Shown here: one piece after another, positions 30,824 through 41,062 of the stretch | Position numbering within the stretch: position 1 is the stretch's first letter | Layout of the letters: each line of letters begins with the position of its first letter | DNA from: Woeseiaceae bacterium | GTDB lineage: Bacteria; Pseudomonadota; Gammaproteobacteria; Steroidobacterales; Woeseiaceae | DNA length: 44,381 nucleotides | Direction: 5' to 3' | Assembly: GCA_049667545.1 (NCBI GenBank) | Contig: JBATID010000458.1 | Coordinates: forward strand, 1-44,381 | Position numbers and translations under genes: made by a program | The notes under the pieces: generated by a model | What the model saw: only the letters and a program-made list of their open reading frames with translations | The model's database searches: none | Told to the model about the DNA's origin: nothing

Positions 30824-32137
30824 ATGAGCAACGAAGCCGTTGCCCTTAAGCAAAACGATTACAAGGTCGCCGATATTGCGCTGGCCGACTTTGGTCGCAA
30901 GGAAATAGCAATTGCCCAAACGGAGATGCCGGGCTTGATGGCGCTGCGTAAGGAGTTCAAAGGACAAAAGCCGCTGGATGGCGTTCGCCTGACCGGCTGC
31001 CTGCACATGACCATCCAGACCGCGGTTCTGATCGAAACCCTGGTTGACCTCGGTGCCGACATTCGCTGGTCGTCCTGCAATATCTTCTCGACGCAGGATC
31101 ACGCGGCAGCGGCCATCGCGGCAGCCGGCATACCGGTTTTTGCCTGGAAAGGTGAATCCGAGGACGAATACTGGTGGTGCGTTGAGCAGACAATCAACGG
31201 CCCCGATGGCTGGCATCCCAACATGATCCTCGATGACGGCGGCGACCTGACGATGGTGCTGCACGAGAAGTACCCGGAGCTGATGAAGGACATCAAGGGC
31301 CTTTCCGAGGAAACCACGACCGGCGTCAAACGCCTTTACGACATGATGGCCGACGGCTCTCTGATGTGCCCTGCTTTCAATGTCAACGACTCAGTCACCA
31401 AGTCCAAATTCGACAACCTCTACGGCTGCCGTGAATCGCTCGTCGACGCCATCAAACGTGCGACCGACCTGATGATCGCAGGCAAGGTTGCTGTCGTTTG
31501 TGGCTTCGGTGATGTCGGCAAAGGCTCTGCACAGTCGCTGCGCGCGCTGGGCGCGATTGTCTGGATCACGGAAGTCGATCCGATCTGCGCGCTCCAGGCA
31601 GCCATGGAAGGCTATCGCGTTGTCGACTTTGACGACGTCTGCGACCAGGTTGATCTCGTGGTCACCGCAACGGGTAATTATCACGTCGTTACGGGTCCGC
31701 AAATGGCGCGCATGCGTGACCAGGCTATCGTCTGCAACATCGGTCACTTTGATAACGAAATCGATGTGGCCTACCTCAAGCAATTCGAGTGGGAGAACAT
31801 CAAGCCGCAGGTCGATCATGTGATCTTCCCCGATGGCAAACGGCTGATTCTGCTGGCCGAGGGTCGCCTCGTAAACCTGGGTTGCGGAACCGGTCATCCG
31901 AGCTTCGTGATGTCCAACTCGTTTACGAACCAGGTGCTCGCGCAGATCGAGCTCTGGCACAATGGCGACCAGTATGAGAACAAGGTTTACGTTCTGCCCA
32001 AGCACCTGGATGAGAAGGTGGCGCGGCTGCACCTCGGTCGTGTTGGCGCCAAGCTCACCGTATTGACCGACGAGCAGTCAAAGTACATCGGCGTGGATAA
32101 AGACGGCCCGTACAAGGCGGAGCTTTACCGCTACTGA
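30824..32137 (+). CDS. ahcY: Adenosylhomocysteinase
   Basis: The sequence [25 protein letters not shown] is present, with the NAD site [10 protein letters not shown] and the C-terminal tail [12 protein letters not shown]. Confidence 0.96.
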   Translation: MSNEAVALKQNDYKVADIALADFGRKEIAIAQTEMPGLMALRKEFKGQKPLDGVRLTGCLHMTIQTAVLIETLVDLGADIRWSSCNIFSTQDHAAAAIAAAGIPVFAWKGESEDEYWWCVEQTINGPDGWHPNMILDDGGDLTMVLHEKYPELMKDIKGLSEETTTGVKRLYDMMADGSLMCPAFNVNDSVTKSKFDNLYGCRESLVDAIKRATDLMIAGKVAVVCGFGDVGKGSAQSLRALGAIVWITEVDPICALQAAMEGYRVVDFDDVCDQVDLVVTATGNYHVVTGPQMARMRDQAIVCNIGHFDNEIDVAYLKQFEWENIKPQVDHVIFPDGKRLILLAEGRLVNLGCGTGHPSFVMSNSFTNQVLAQIELWHNGDQYENKVYVLPKHLDEKVARLHLGRVGAKLTVLTDEQSKYIGVDKDGPYKAELYRY

Positions 32138-32148
32138 GGAATCGACGC

Positions 32149-32949
32149 ATCGAGGCGCAAACCGACGCAACAGGAATCGAGAAGATCCGGATCCTGCACC
32201 TCACGGATCCGCATCTTTTCGCTGCTGCGGATGGCGAGCTGCGTGGCGTTGCCACGCAGGCATCGCTGCAAAGTGTCCTCGATCACTACGCGGCCGGCGA
32301 CTGGCGCGCGGAGCGTGCCGTTATCACCGGGGACCTGATCCAGGACGACTCGGCCGCCGCTTACGATCGCTTCCGCGACCTGTTGTTGCCGCTGAACATG
32401 CGCATGCACTGCGTGCCCGGCAATCACGATGTACGGAAATTGATGCGCAAGATTTGCTGCGCCCCACCGTTCTCCTATTGCGCGTTTGAAGAAATTGGCA
32501 ACTGGCTCATCGTCGGCCTGGATAGCTGCGTTACCGGCAGCGCCGGCGGTAATGTAGCGCCTGAGGAACTGGAGCGACTTTCAAGAATCGTCGCTGGCAG
32601 TGACGCCGAGCATGTCATGGTATGCCTGCATCATCCGCCGTTGGCCATGGGCAGTGCCTGGCTGGACACGGTCGGACTGGAAAACGGCGAGGCGTTTCTC
32701 AAGCACGTTGTGTCCCTGGACCGGGTTCGCCTGGTTGTCTTCGGCCATGTGCACCAGCCCTATGACAGTGACTATTGCGGCGTCCGCATTATCGCGACCC
32801 CGTCGACCTGCCGGCAGTTCCTGCCGGGCAGCGACGACTTTGCCGTCGACAGCCGCCCACCGGCCTACCGCCGCATTACCCTGTTCGGAGACGGCCGTCA
32901 TGAAACAGAGCTTGTCTGGGTTGAGCAAGAAGATGTCGATGAAAAGTAG
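32149..32949 (+). CDS. cpdA: 3',5'-cyclic-nucleotide phosphodiesterase CpdA/Icc-like metallophosphoesterase; start codon unresolved
   Basis: The frame is open from 32101. The segment IRILHLTDPHL...ITGDLIQDD...VPGNHD...LHHPP...GHVHQ is colinear with E. coli CpdA. The first ATG/GTG/TTG in frame is at 32383, downstream of the D-x-H and GD metal motifs. ATC at 32149 lies 8 nt after GAGGA (32136..32140), and CTG at 32134 is the alternative. Confidence 0.7.
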   Translation: MEAQTDATGIEKIRILHLTDPHLFAAADGELRGVATQASLQSVLDHYAAGDWRAERAVITGDLIQDDSAAAYDRFRDLLLPLNMRMHCVPGNHDVRKLMRKICCAPPFSYCAFEEIGNWLIVGLDSCVTGSAGGNVAPEELERLSRIVAGSDAEHVMVCLHHPPLAMGSAWLDTVGLENGEAFLKHVVSLDRVRLVVFGHVHQPYDSDYCGVRIIATPSTCRQFLPGSDDFAVDSRPPAYRRITLFGDGRHETELVWVEQEDVDEK

Positions 32950-33835
32950 GTTGTTTCTCATGTTGGTCATGCTGCTGTCCCCGCTTACCGTGTGGGCGGA
33001 TACCGCCGGGCACCCGGTCACGTTGTGGCGCGCTGCCGGGCAGAGCAACTCCGTTTACCTGCTCGGTTCCATTCACCTGCTCCGCCCCGGGGACTATCCG
33101 CTGCCGACTGCGATCGATGCCGCGTACGAGGAGGCGGAAATACTGGTCATGGAACTCGACATGGACGACCTCGATGGCGTCCAGGCGCAACAGCTTTTTG
33201 CCCGCAGTGGTGTGCTGGAGGGTGGCAAGACGCTGCGCGACATCATGGGAGAACCGGCCTACCAGCAGGCCCGGGCAGCGGCCGATGCCATCGACATCCC
33301 GATCGAAATGCTGGCACAAAGCGAGCCGTGGCTGGCCGCCGTTACGGTGGAGATGATGATGCTTTATCGCATCGGCTTCAACCCGATGCTGGGCATTGAA
33401 ATGCAGCTGGTGTCGCAGGCAGGCCGCGATGGCAAACCGATCGAGGGCCTGGAAACTGCTGCTGAGCAAACCGGGTTTCTTGACGGGCTGTCGCTTGAAA
33501 CACAGCGCGACATGTTGCTGCAGACACTCGAGGAAAGTGCTGGTCTCGAAGCGTCTATCGACGAAATTATCCGCGCCTGGCGATATGGCGACATAGCAGC
33601 GCTCGAAAGTGGCCTGCTCCAGGACCTGGAAAAGAATGCGGAACTCAGCGAGGCGCTGGTCAACGGCCGCAACCGTCGCTGGGTTGAGCAAATCAGCGAG
33701 CTTCTGGACGATAGCGATGATTACCTGGTCGTGGTCGGCGCGCTGCACCTGATTGGCGATCAGGGCGTGCCGGAATTGCTTGCCAAAGCGGGCGTGAAAA
33801 TTGTTCAGTTGAGCGAACCACCCTCGGTTCAGTAA
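32933..33835 (+). CDS. TraB/GumN-family protein (secreted)
   Basis: It has a signal peptide (MSMKSRLFLMLVMLLSPLTVWA), then LWRAAGQSNSVYLLGSIHLL and a C-terminal VVGALHLIGDQGV. The start could be 32900, 32933 or 32939, and the gene overlaps the cpdA 3' end. Confidence 0.75.
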   Translation: MSMKSRLFLMLVMLLSPLTVWADTAGHPVTLWRAAGQSNSVYLLGSIHLLRPGDYPLPTAIDAAYEEAEILVMELDMDDLDGVQAQQLFARSGVLEGGKTLRDIMGEPAYQQARAAADAIDIPIEMLAQSEPWLAAVTVEMMMLYRIGFNPMLGIEMQLVSQAGRDGKPIEGLETAAEQTGFLDGLSLETQRDMLLQTLEESAGLEASIDEIIRAWRYGDIAALESGLLQDLEKNAELSEALVNGRNRRWVEQISELLDDSDDYLVVVGALHLIGDQGVPELLAKAGVKIVQLSEPPSVQ

Positions 33836-33862
33836 CATGCGCCACTCTCACGGAGATCGTCA

Positions 33863-35131
33863 ATGAGTCTGTTTACCAACGCTCAGCGTTTTATTGCCGG
33901 GGGCGTCAACTCCCCGGTGCGCGCGTTCGCCGGTGTCGGCGGCGAGCCGATATTTTTCAAGCGCGCCAGCGGCGCCTGGCTCGAATCGGAAGCCGGTGAC
34001 AAGTACATTGACTATATTGGCTCATGGGGGCCGATGATTCTTGGACATTGTCACCCGGCGGTCATTGCAGCCGTCACCGATACCGCACAAAGCGGCCTGA
34101 GTTTCGGCGCGCCCTGCGTGCTCGAAACGGAGCTCGCGGAGAAGATCTGCACGCTGATGCCATCCATTGAGCGCGTCCGCATGGTCAGCTCCGGCACCGA
34201 AGCCACCATGAGCGCGATCCGGCTCGCGCGCGGTCATACGGGCCGCGACAAAATCATCAAGTTTGAGGGTTGCTACCATGGCCACTCGGACTCGCTACTG
34301 ATCAAGGCAGGATCCGGTGCACTGACGCTCGGCGTCCCTAGTTCCCCCGGTGTGCCAGCCGGTCTCGCAGAACACACCATCACTCTGCCGTTCAATGATG
34401 CGGAAGCCATTCGCACGGTATTCGCTGAACTCGGCGAGCAGATTGCCTGTGTCATCGTCGAGCCGATCGCCGGCAACATGAACATGGTGCCGCCGGTGCC
34501 CGGCTTTCTCGAAGCGCTGCGTGACGAATGCACCAACTCCGATGCGATACTGATTTTCGATGAAGTGATGACGGGCTTTCGTGTCGCCAAGGGTGGCGCG
34601 CAGGCAGTATTCGGGATCAAACCGGATCTGACGACGCTCGGGAAAATTGTCGGCGGGGGCATGCCGGCGGCAGCATTTGGCGGGCGCGCCGACATCATGT
34701 CGAGCATCGCGCCTGACGGACCGGTTTACCAGGCAGGCACGTTGTCGGGTAATCCCGTTGCCATGGCGGCCGGACTCACGACCCTGCAGCTGATCGATGC
34801 GCCGGGTTTTTATGCGTCATTGAGCACACAGACAAAGCGACTGACAGATGGGCTGGCTGCGGCTGCAGCAGACGCCGGTATACCCGTGTCCGTTGAGCAG
34901 GAAGGTGGCATGTTTGGCATGATATTTACGGCCGACGGGCCGGTGCGCAGTTACGCCCAGGTCGCGGCCGCGGACATCGAGCGTTTCAAACGGTTTTTTC
35001 ACGGCATGCTTGCCGAAGGCGTCTATCTGGCACCGTCGGCCTTCGAGGCCGGATTTGTATCCGCCGCGCACGGGGATGCCGAGATCGACACGACTTTGGC
35101 AGCGGCGCGCAAGGTATTCCTGACGCTGTAA
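33863..35131 (+). CDS. hemL: Glutamate-1-semialdehyde 2,1-aminomutase
   Basis: The N-terminus is [22 protein letters not shown], followed by [14 protein letters not shown] and the PLP lysine context [12 protein letters not shown]. Confidence 0.96.
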   Translation: MSLFTNAQRFIAGGVNSPVRAFAGVGGEPIFFKRASGAWLESEAGDKYIDYIGSWGPMILGHCHPAVIAAVTDTAQSGLSFGAPCVLETELAEKICTLMPSIERVRMVSSGTEATMSAIRLARGHTGRDKIIKFEGCYHGHSDSLLIKAGSGALTLGVPSSPGVPAGLAEHTITLPFNDAEAIRTVFAELGEQIACVIVEPIAGNMNMVPPVPGFLEALRDECTNSDAILIFDEVMTGFRVAKGGAQAVFGIKPDLTTLGKIVGGGMPAAAFGGRADIMSSIAPDGPVYQAGTLSGNPVAMAAGLTTLQLIDAPGFYASLSTQTKRLTDGLAAAAADAGIPVSVEQEGGMFGMIFTADGPVRSYAQVAAADIERFKRFFHGMLAEGVYLAPSAFEAGFVSAAHGDAEIDTTLAAARKVFLTL

Positions 35132-35132
35132 G

Positions 35133-35705
35133 TCAGTCGCGTGCGCTACGCATCAGGCTGTCAATCAGCTGCAGGCGCGCCAGCGTATCGCTGCTTTCGA
35201 GCAGTTGCTGCTTTTGCTCCAGATCGATTGGCAAGATCTCAACAAATCGATAGCTCAGCCAGACTGCATCATTGTCATTACGCTCCAGCGATTCGTACAG
35301 GAGCCCGAGATCATCCAGGACATTGGTGAGGATCGGCCGTAACGCCTGAAATTCCTCCGGGAGCGGCCTCGATGGTTCGGCCTCGATGAGCTCAATCGTA
35401 CCCACATTGAGCCCGTCTGCCTGCTTGCGGCAGTCCAGCAGGCGAAAACGTTGCTCGCCGACCGCCGTAACACCCAGTAAGCCGTCGCTGCCCTGGTAGA
35501 AATCAACAATCGTGGCGAGCGTGCCGACGTCGAACATACCAGCATCGCCAGCTTCCTGCCCCTCACGGATCAACACGACACCGAACGGCAATTCGCTCTT
35601 CATGCATTGGCTAATCATGTCGATATAACGCGATTCGAAAATACGCAGTGGCAACGGGCCACCCGGAAACAAAACGACATTCAATGGAAAAAGCGGAACG
35701 TCCAC
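35133..35705 (-). CDS. LON peptidase N-terminal (substrate-binding) domain protein
   Basis: The 190-aa product begins MDVPLFPLNVVLFPGGPLPLRIFESRYIDMI, which is typical of the stand-alone Lon-N domain. Confidence 0.8.
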   Translation of the reverse strand: MDVPLFPLNVVLFPGGPLPLRIFESRYIDMISQCMKSELPFGVVLIREGQEAGDAGMFDVGTLATIVDFYQGSDGLLGVTAVGEQRFRLLDCRKQADGLNVGTIELIEAEPSRPLPEEFQALRPILTNVLDDLGLLYESLERNDNDAVWLSYRFVEILPIDLEQKQQLLESSDTLARLQLIDSLMRSARD

Positions 35706-35710
35706 GACCT

Positions 35711-37081
35711 CTAACTTCCTCGCGTGCGCTGCAACAGAGCGGTCAATGTCTGGCGTGCCGCGCCGAAACCGCCATTGCTCATGAAGACCACGCGGTCGCC
35801 ACTCGCTACTTTTATCGACAGATCGTTGACCAGCTGATCGTAGTCGGAGAACACGCGCAGCTTTTCGCCCAGGCTCGCCAATGCGGCATCGAAACCATCG
35901 CCCATGTCGGTCGGCCGGAACATCCAGATGAGATCCGCGCCCTGTAGCGATGCCGCGAGTTCATCATTGTGGACACCGAGCTTCATCGTATTGGAACGCG
36001 GTTCAACCGCAACAATCACTCGATGCCCGGGGTGCTGTTGTCGAAGTGCTTCGATCGACTTCTGAATGGCCGTCGGATGGTGTGCAAAATCGTCATAGAT
36101 TGCGATATCGGCAACCGTGGCGGTCCGTTCCATCCGCCGCTTGACACCCTCGAATCGAGACAGCGCGTCGACAGCGCGTTCGAGCGATACGCCGGCTGAT
36201 GCTGCCGCCGCCACGGCGGCCAGCGCGTTTTCCAGATTATGCGAGCCGCTCATATGCCAGCGCCCGCTGCCCGTACTTGCCTGCGGACCCTGCACAGCAA
36301 TATTGCGCCCGACAGCATCGTCAAAGCGCGCGGTCCAGTCGGCGTCATTTCCGACGCCGAATGTCTCGACCGGTGTCCAGCAACCCATCTCGAGCAAGCG
36401 TTCCAGGTTTTCGTCTGCAGCATTGACAATGATGCGCCCCGCTCCTGGAACCGTGCGTAACAACTGGTGGAATTGCCAGAGGATGGCATCGAGATCGCTA
36501 TAGATATCAGCGTGATCGTATTCGAGATTGTTGAGCACCAGCGTGCGTGGACGGTAATGCACAAACTTGGCGCGCTTGTCGAAAAACGCCGTGTCATATT
36601 CGTCCGCTTCGAGTACGAAAAACTCGGATTTACCAAAACGTGCACTTTCGCCGAAGTTGGCAGGAATGCCGCCGATCAGAAAACCGGGTGAGAGCCCCGC
36701 ATCCTCGAGGATCCAGGCCAGCATGCTGGACGTCGTCGTCTTGCCGTGCGTCCCGGCGATCGCAAGAACGTGGCGGTCGTTCAGGACATTCTCCGCAAGC
36801 CACTGCGGACCGGACCGATAGGGCAAACCGCGGTCCAGCATGGCTTCCACGACCTCGACACCGCGGCTCATGACGTTACCGACCACCACGCAATCGGGAT
36901 CGATATCGAGCTGATCCGCCCCAACGCCCTCATGAATGTCGATGCCGAGCTTCTTCAGCTGTGTGCTCATCGGTGGATAGACATTGCGATCGCAGCCGGT
37001 CACGTCGTGACCCGCTGCGCGGGCCAGTGCTGCAACACCGCCCATGAAGGTTCCACAAATACCGAGTATATGTAAGTGCAT
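35711..37081 (-). CDS. mpl: UDP-N-acetylmuramate:L-alanyl-gamma-D-glutamyl-meso-DAP ligase (murein peptide ligase)
   Basis: The N-terminus is MHLHILGICGTFMGGVAALA. It has the Mur ligase P-loop AIAGTHGKTTTSSM, and at 456 aa its length is typical of Mpl. Confidence 0.9.
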   Translation of the reverse strand: MHLHILGICGTFMGGVAALARAAGHDVTGCDRNVYPPMSTQLKKLGIDIHEGVGADQLDIDPDCVVVGNVMSRGVEVVEAMLDRGLPYRSGPQWLAENVLNDRHVLAIAGTHGKTTTSSMLAWILEDAGLSPGFLIGGIPANFGESARFGKSEFFVLEADEYDTAFFDKRAKFVHYRPRTLVLNNLEYDHADIYSDLDAILWQFHQLLRTVPGAGRIIVNAADENLERLLEMGCWTPVETFGVGNDADWTARFDDAVGRNIAVQGPQASTGSGRWHMSGSHNLENALAAVAAAASAGVSLERAVDALSRFEGVKRRMERTATVADIAIYDDFAHHPTAIQKSIEALRQQHPGHRVIVAVEPRSNTMKLGVHNDELAASLQGADLIWMFRPTDMGDGFDAALASLGEKLRVFSDYDQLVNDLSIKVASGDRVVFMSNGGFGAARQTLTALLQRTRGS

Positions 37082-37087
37082 AGCGCC

Positions 37088-37603
37088 TCAGGACACCGCG
37101 ACCGGCGCCGGATCGATGGCCGAATACAAATAGAGCTGCAGAACAAATACCGACATGGCGATAACCACACCGAGATACCAGTGCCGGTCTAGCGTCCGGG
37201 AAATGATATGCCCTTCCACCGGAACGGACCACAACAGAATCAACGTCACTACCAGGCCCGCCAGGCTGTCGCGAACAAACATCGACAATAAAGCGTCGCA
37301 GACCACAACGATCAGGCTTAACAACGCACCGCAACCGATCACGGCGGTGAGCGCTTGCAGCAAGCGGGGGCTCTTGCCGGACGCCACGATGATTGCCGCG
37401 TAGCAGGACAGCCCCACGACTCCGGTCAGCGTGCCGAGCACAAAGTCCCTTTGATCGAGCTCCGGGGTCGCGAGCGTCATGACCATGCCGGCAAACAGCC
37501 AGAATGCAATTGCAAACCCGAACAGCACGCTCGAATGCGGGATTGCGTCCGGGCCTTTTTGCAGGCGGATGATGTCGAGCAATGTTCGAATGAGTTCCAG
37601 CAC
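37088..37603 (-). CDS. Hypothetical inner-membrane protein (about 5 TM helices)
   Basis: The 171-aa product is hydrophobic. It lies 6 nt upstream of mpl on the same strand. I did not recognise a family. Confidence 0.55.
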   Translation of the reverse strand: MLELIRTLLDIIRLQKGPDAIPHSSVLFGFAIAFWLFAGMVMTLATPELDQRDFVLGTLTGVVGLSCYAAIIVASGKSPRLLQALTAVIGCGALLSLIVVVCDALLSMFVRDSLAGLVVTLILLWSVPVEGHIISRTLDRHWYLGVVIAMSVFVLQLYLYSAIDPAPVAVS

Positions 37604-37684
37604 GAGGCGAGGCAGTTTCCAGACTCCAGTCTATCGAGGTTCGCATGTTAACCTGTGCGCCCGAATCTCGCTCGCGCCAGTCAC

Positions 37685-38758
37685 ATGCCTCATTACACAT
37701 TCATTGATCAACCCGACACCCTGGTGCCGACAGTCAGCGAGCATGAGCTCATTGGCATCGATACGGAGTTCATGCGCGAGAAGACCTATTTCGCGCAGCT
37801 ATGCCTGGTACAGCTGGCAACACCCGGCGAAATCTATTGCGTGGATCCGCTCTCTGATGGCGAACACCGCGACTTCTGGAAAGCGCTGCTGGCTCGCAAC
37901 TGGGTTATCCACTCGGCGCGGCAGGATATCGAGGTCATCTGGCAGTTGGCCGGCGCGATGCCGGCTGCGATTTTCGATACGCAGATCGCCGCAGGGCTGC
38001 TCGGCTACCCGGCGCAGATGGGGTATGCAGGGCTGGTCAAAGAGCTGTTCGATGCCGACATGGACAAATCCCATACCCGCGCCGACTGGACCCGCCGCCC
38101 TCTGAAAGAAGCGTGGCTGCAATATGCCGCCGAGGATGTCGAATATTTGCTGCCTGCTCACGAACTGCTGTGTGAGCGGCTCGAACGCGAGGGGCGACTG
38201 GAATGGGCACATCAGGACGCCGCCCTGCTTCTGGATCCCGGCCTGTACGAAGTCAGTGACGGACAGGCCATCGAGCGCCTGAAAGGTGCGAGAAATCTGC
38301 AAGGCCGGCGGCGTGCTGCAGCGGCGCGACTGGCAACCTGGCGAGAGGCGGAAGCCGTCGGTCGCGACAAGCCGCGCCAGTGGATCGCGCGCGACAATGT
38401 GCTGCTCGATATTGCGAACAAGCTGCCCGCAACGGAGCAAGAGCTGGCGGCGCTCGACGGCATGCCGCCGAAACTCGTCAGCCGGGTTGGCAAGCAGCTA
38501 TTGCAGGCAGTAGCTGCGTCGGCAAACGACAGCAACGACTACAGTCCGCCGGGCAAGCCAACCGAAGCGCAAAAATCACAGCTCAAGGTCATGCAGGCAC
38601 GCGTGGCAAAGTGCGCGAAAAGCCTTGGTCTCGCCGCAGAAACCATCGCATCGAAGCGTGAGCTCGCCGCGATCATAAGCTCACACTCGCGAGAGTCACG
38701 CGTATTCCAGGGCTGGCGCGGCGAACTCATCGGCAAGGAACTGGTCTCATTGCTGTAG
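37685..38758 (+). CDS. rnd: Ribonuclease D
   Basis: It has the DEDD exonuclease motifs IGIDTEF, HSARQDIE and YAAEDVEYL, followed by an HRDC region. I chose the internal ATG at 37685. Confidence 0.9.
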   Translation: MPHYTFIDQPDTLVPTVSEHELIGIDTEFMREKTYFAQLCLVQLATPGEIYCVDPLSDGEHRDFWKALLARNWVIHSARQDIEVIWQLAGAMPAAIFDTQIAAGLLGYPAQMGYAGLVKELFDADMDKSHTRADWTRRPLKEAWLQYAAEDVEYLLPAHELLCERLEREGRLEWAHQDAALLLDPGLYEVSDGQAIERLKGARNLQGRRRAAAARLATWREAEAVGRDKPRQWIARDNVLLDIANKLPATEQELAALDGMPPKLVSRVGKQLLQAVAASANDSNDYSPPGKPTEAQKSQLKVMQARVAKCAKSLGLAAETIASKRELAAIISSHSRESRVFQGWRGELIGKELVSLL

Positions 38759-38821
38759 CGCGATGTCCCTGCCTGTCGCAGTCATCGTATAGTCTGGAAG
38801 TTCTTCTTGAGCGACTCCTTC

Positions 38822-41056
38822 ATGCGACGTCTAATACCTTCCCTGATACTCGCCGCAGCTCTTGCAGCCTGCACGGGCGGGGGCAGCGACAGCCAGCCGA
38901 CGCCCGAGCCACCGCCCGCCTCGCAGCTGTTCGGCCTCGACAATCGCCCGGATAATCAAAGCTGTGTCGCGCCACCGCGGGCAGGCGCGGTCACGGACGT
39001 CAGCGCGCAGGATGCGTTCCCGGGCCTCGGCAACCTCGCGGCGCCGATCAAGTTGGTTTTCGAGCCGACGGCCAATCCCCGCTGGTTTATCGTGCAAAGA
39101 GGTGGACAGATAGTGACCCTCGACCCCGATAACCCGACCGCCGTAAGCCCCTTCATCGATATTTCGCCCAGCGTCGTCACCAACGGTGAGGGCGGCCTGC
39201 TGAGCATGGCCTTTCACCCGGACTACCCGAGCACGCCGGAAATCTTTCTGTCGTACACGCGCGCCGGCGGTGCGACGTCGATGCGCTCGGTTATCACGCG
39301 CGTCATTCTCGATAATGTTGTCACGCCGAGCCCCATTGGCTCGGGCAGCGACGAGCAGGAGATTATTTCGGTCGACCAGTTTGCCAGTAACCACAACGGT
39401 GGTGATATTGCCTTCGGGCCGGACGGCTTTCTGTACTTCGGCCTGGGTGACGGCGGCGGTGGCGGCGACCCACAAGAAACCGGTCAGGACACGACCAATC
39501 TTCTCGGCTCTTTTCTGCGCCTGGATGTCACTGGCCCCTCGGTCTCCTTCCCGTCCGTACCCTACGCAATTCCGGCCGGCGCACAGGGAAATCCGTTTGC
39601 CGACCAGCCGAAATGCGGTCCGGGACTGAACAACCCGAACAACTGCCCCGAAATCTACGCATGGGGCGTACGCAACCCGTTTCGCTGGTCATTTGACCCG
39701 CTCACGGGACAGCTGTGGGCCGGCGATGTTGGTCAGAATGCGTTTGAAGAAGTGGACATCATTGAGCGCGGCAAAAACTATGGCTGGGACTGCCGTGAGG
39801 GCTTCAGCGCTTTCGAGACTGGCGGTTGCGATGGCGACTACACAGATCCTGTGCATGACTATCCCCATAGCCAGGGCAATTCGATCACGGGCGGCGTCGT
39901 CTATCGCGGATCGGCAATCAGTGGTCGAGTCGGCGAGTATATATACGGCGACTACGGATCGCGTCGCATCTGGGCGCTACGCTCTGACGGCCAGGGCGGC
40001 TACGTCAATGAGCAGCTGCTGGACGGCCCGGAAAGGCCGGTTGCCTTTGCTGCCGATGCTTTGGGTGAGCTGTATTACGCGAGTATCAGCACCGGCCGCA
40101 TCATGAAACTGGTGCCGGGCGCCGCCGGCGCCGGCAACTCGATTCCCAGCCAGCTATCGGAATCCGGCTGCGTCGATCCGTCGGACATTACACAACCCTA
40201 TGCCGGGCTGGTTCCCTATGATCTTAATGCGCCCTTCTGGTCCGACGGCGCCGGCAAGACCCGCTTCCTTGGCTTGCCAAACGGCACGACAATCACAATC
40301 GACAATCAGGACGACTGGCAGTTTCCGGTTGGCACCGTCATCGTCAAGAATTTCGCACTGAACAACAACCTGATTGAAACCCGCCACCTGATGCGTCATC
40401 CGGACGGTGTGTGGGCTGGCTATACCTACGAATGGAACGCCGAGCAAACCGACGCGACGCGAGTGATCGGCGGCAAAACCGTCGACATCGCGGGCCAGGA
40501 CTGGGTATTTCCAAGCGAAGCACAATGCAATCAGTGTCACACCGGCGCCGCCGGCTATGCACTGGGACCTGAGACAGCGCAGCTCAACAAGGACTTCACG
40601 TATCCGGGTACCGGGCGTATCGCGAACCAGCTGGAAACGCTGGATCACGTCATGATGTTCACGTCGCCGCTGGCGGGCACCCCGGACACCCTGCCCGCGC
40701 TTGCCGATCCCATGGACACCAGCGCCGCTCTCGGCGCCCGCGCGCGGGCTTATCTACACACCAACTGCGCGAGCTGTCACCGCCCCGGCGGCGGGACACC
40801 GGTCGACCTTGACCTGCGTTACTTTACGGCGTTGCCGGACACCGCTACCTGCGACGCAATCCCGCAGGCGGGTACGCTGGGAATTACAAACGCGCGAATC
40901 ATCGCACCGGGAGACGCCACCAGCTCCACGCTGGTGGCACGGACTAACCGTCGTGGTGACTTCGCAGCAATGCCGCCAGTCGGTTCGACTGTGATCGACA
41001 CCGCGGGTGTCTCGCTGCTAACTGACTGGGTCAACGGGCTGACAGGCTGCCAGTGA
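38822..41056 (+). CDS. Lipoprotein with an N-terminal PQQ-type soluble sugar dehydrogenase (SGDH/HHIP-like) beta-propeller fused to a C-terminal domain carrying two CxxCH motifs
   Basis: The lipobox is LAAC (Cys at 38870..38872). The SGDH-like segments are GLLSMAFHPDY, NHNGGDIAFGPDGFLYFGLGDGG, NYGWDCREG and GGVVYRG. The C-terminal motifs are CNQCH (40526..40540) and CASCH (40766..40780), followed by AMPP. I chose the ATG at 38822 over the TTG at 38807. Confidence 0.7.
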   Translation: MRRLIPSLILAAALAACTGGGSDSQPTPEPPPASQLFGLDNRPDNQSCVAPPRAGAVTDVSAQDAFPGLGNLAAPIKLVFEPTANPRWFIVQRGGQIVTLDPDNPTAVSPFIDISPSVVTNGEGGLLSMAFHPDYPSTPEIFLSYTRAGGATSMRSVITRVILDNVVTPSPIGSGSDEQEIISVDQFASNHNGGDIAFGPDGFLYFGLGDGGGGGDPQETGQDTTNLLGSFLRLDVTGPSVSFPSVPYAIPAGAQGNPFADQPKCGPGLNNPNNCPEIYAWGVRNPFRWSFDPLTGQLWAGDVGQNAFEEVDIIERGKNYGWDCREGFSAFETGGCDGDYTDPVHDYPHSQGNSITGGVVYRGSAISGRVGEYIYGDYGSRRIWALRSDGQGGYVNEQLLDGPERPVAFAADALGELYYASISTGRIMKLVPGAAGAGNSIPSQLSESGCVDPSDITQPYAGLVPYDLNAPFWSDGAGKTRFLGLPNGTTITIDNQDDWQFPVGTVIVKNFALNNNLIETRHLMRHPDGVWAGYTYEWNAEQTDATRVIGGKTVDIAGQDWVFPSEAQCNQCHTGAAGYALGPETAQLNKDFTYPGTGRIANQLETLDHVMMFTSPLAGTPDTLPALADPMDTSAALGARARAYLHTNCASCHRPGGGTPVDLDLRYFTALPDTATCDAIPQAGTLGITNARIIAPGDATSSTLVARTNRRGDFAAMPPVGSTVIDTAGVSLLTDWVNGLTGCQ

Positions 41057-41062
41057 CGTAAG

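Noticed and set aside
32600-32932. The N-terminal 100-110 residues of the 411-aa plus-strand ORF (MTPSMSWYAC...).
   Set aside because: This part overlaps the cpdA coding frame out of frame and is rich in Arg, Ser, Thr and Trp. The real TraB/GumN gene starts at the signal peptide near 32933.
32876-33838. A 320-aa minus-strand ORF.
   Set aside because: It is antisense to the TraB/GumN gene and has no motifs. The plus-strand product has a signal peptide and family signatures.
36930-37700. A 256-aa minus-strand ORF overlapping the mpl 5' end and the 171-aa membrane protein.
   Set aside because: It is out of frame with two better-supported genes. Its product is Arg-rich and it crosses their intergenic gap.
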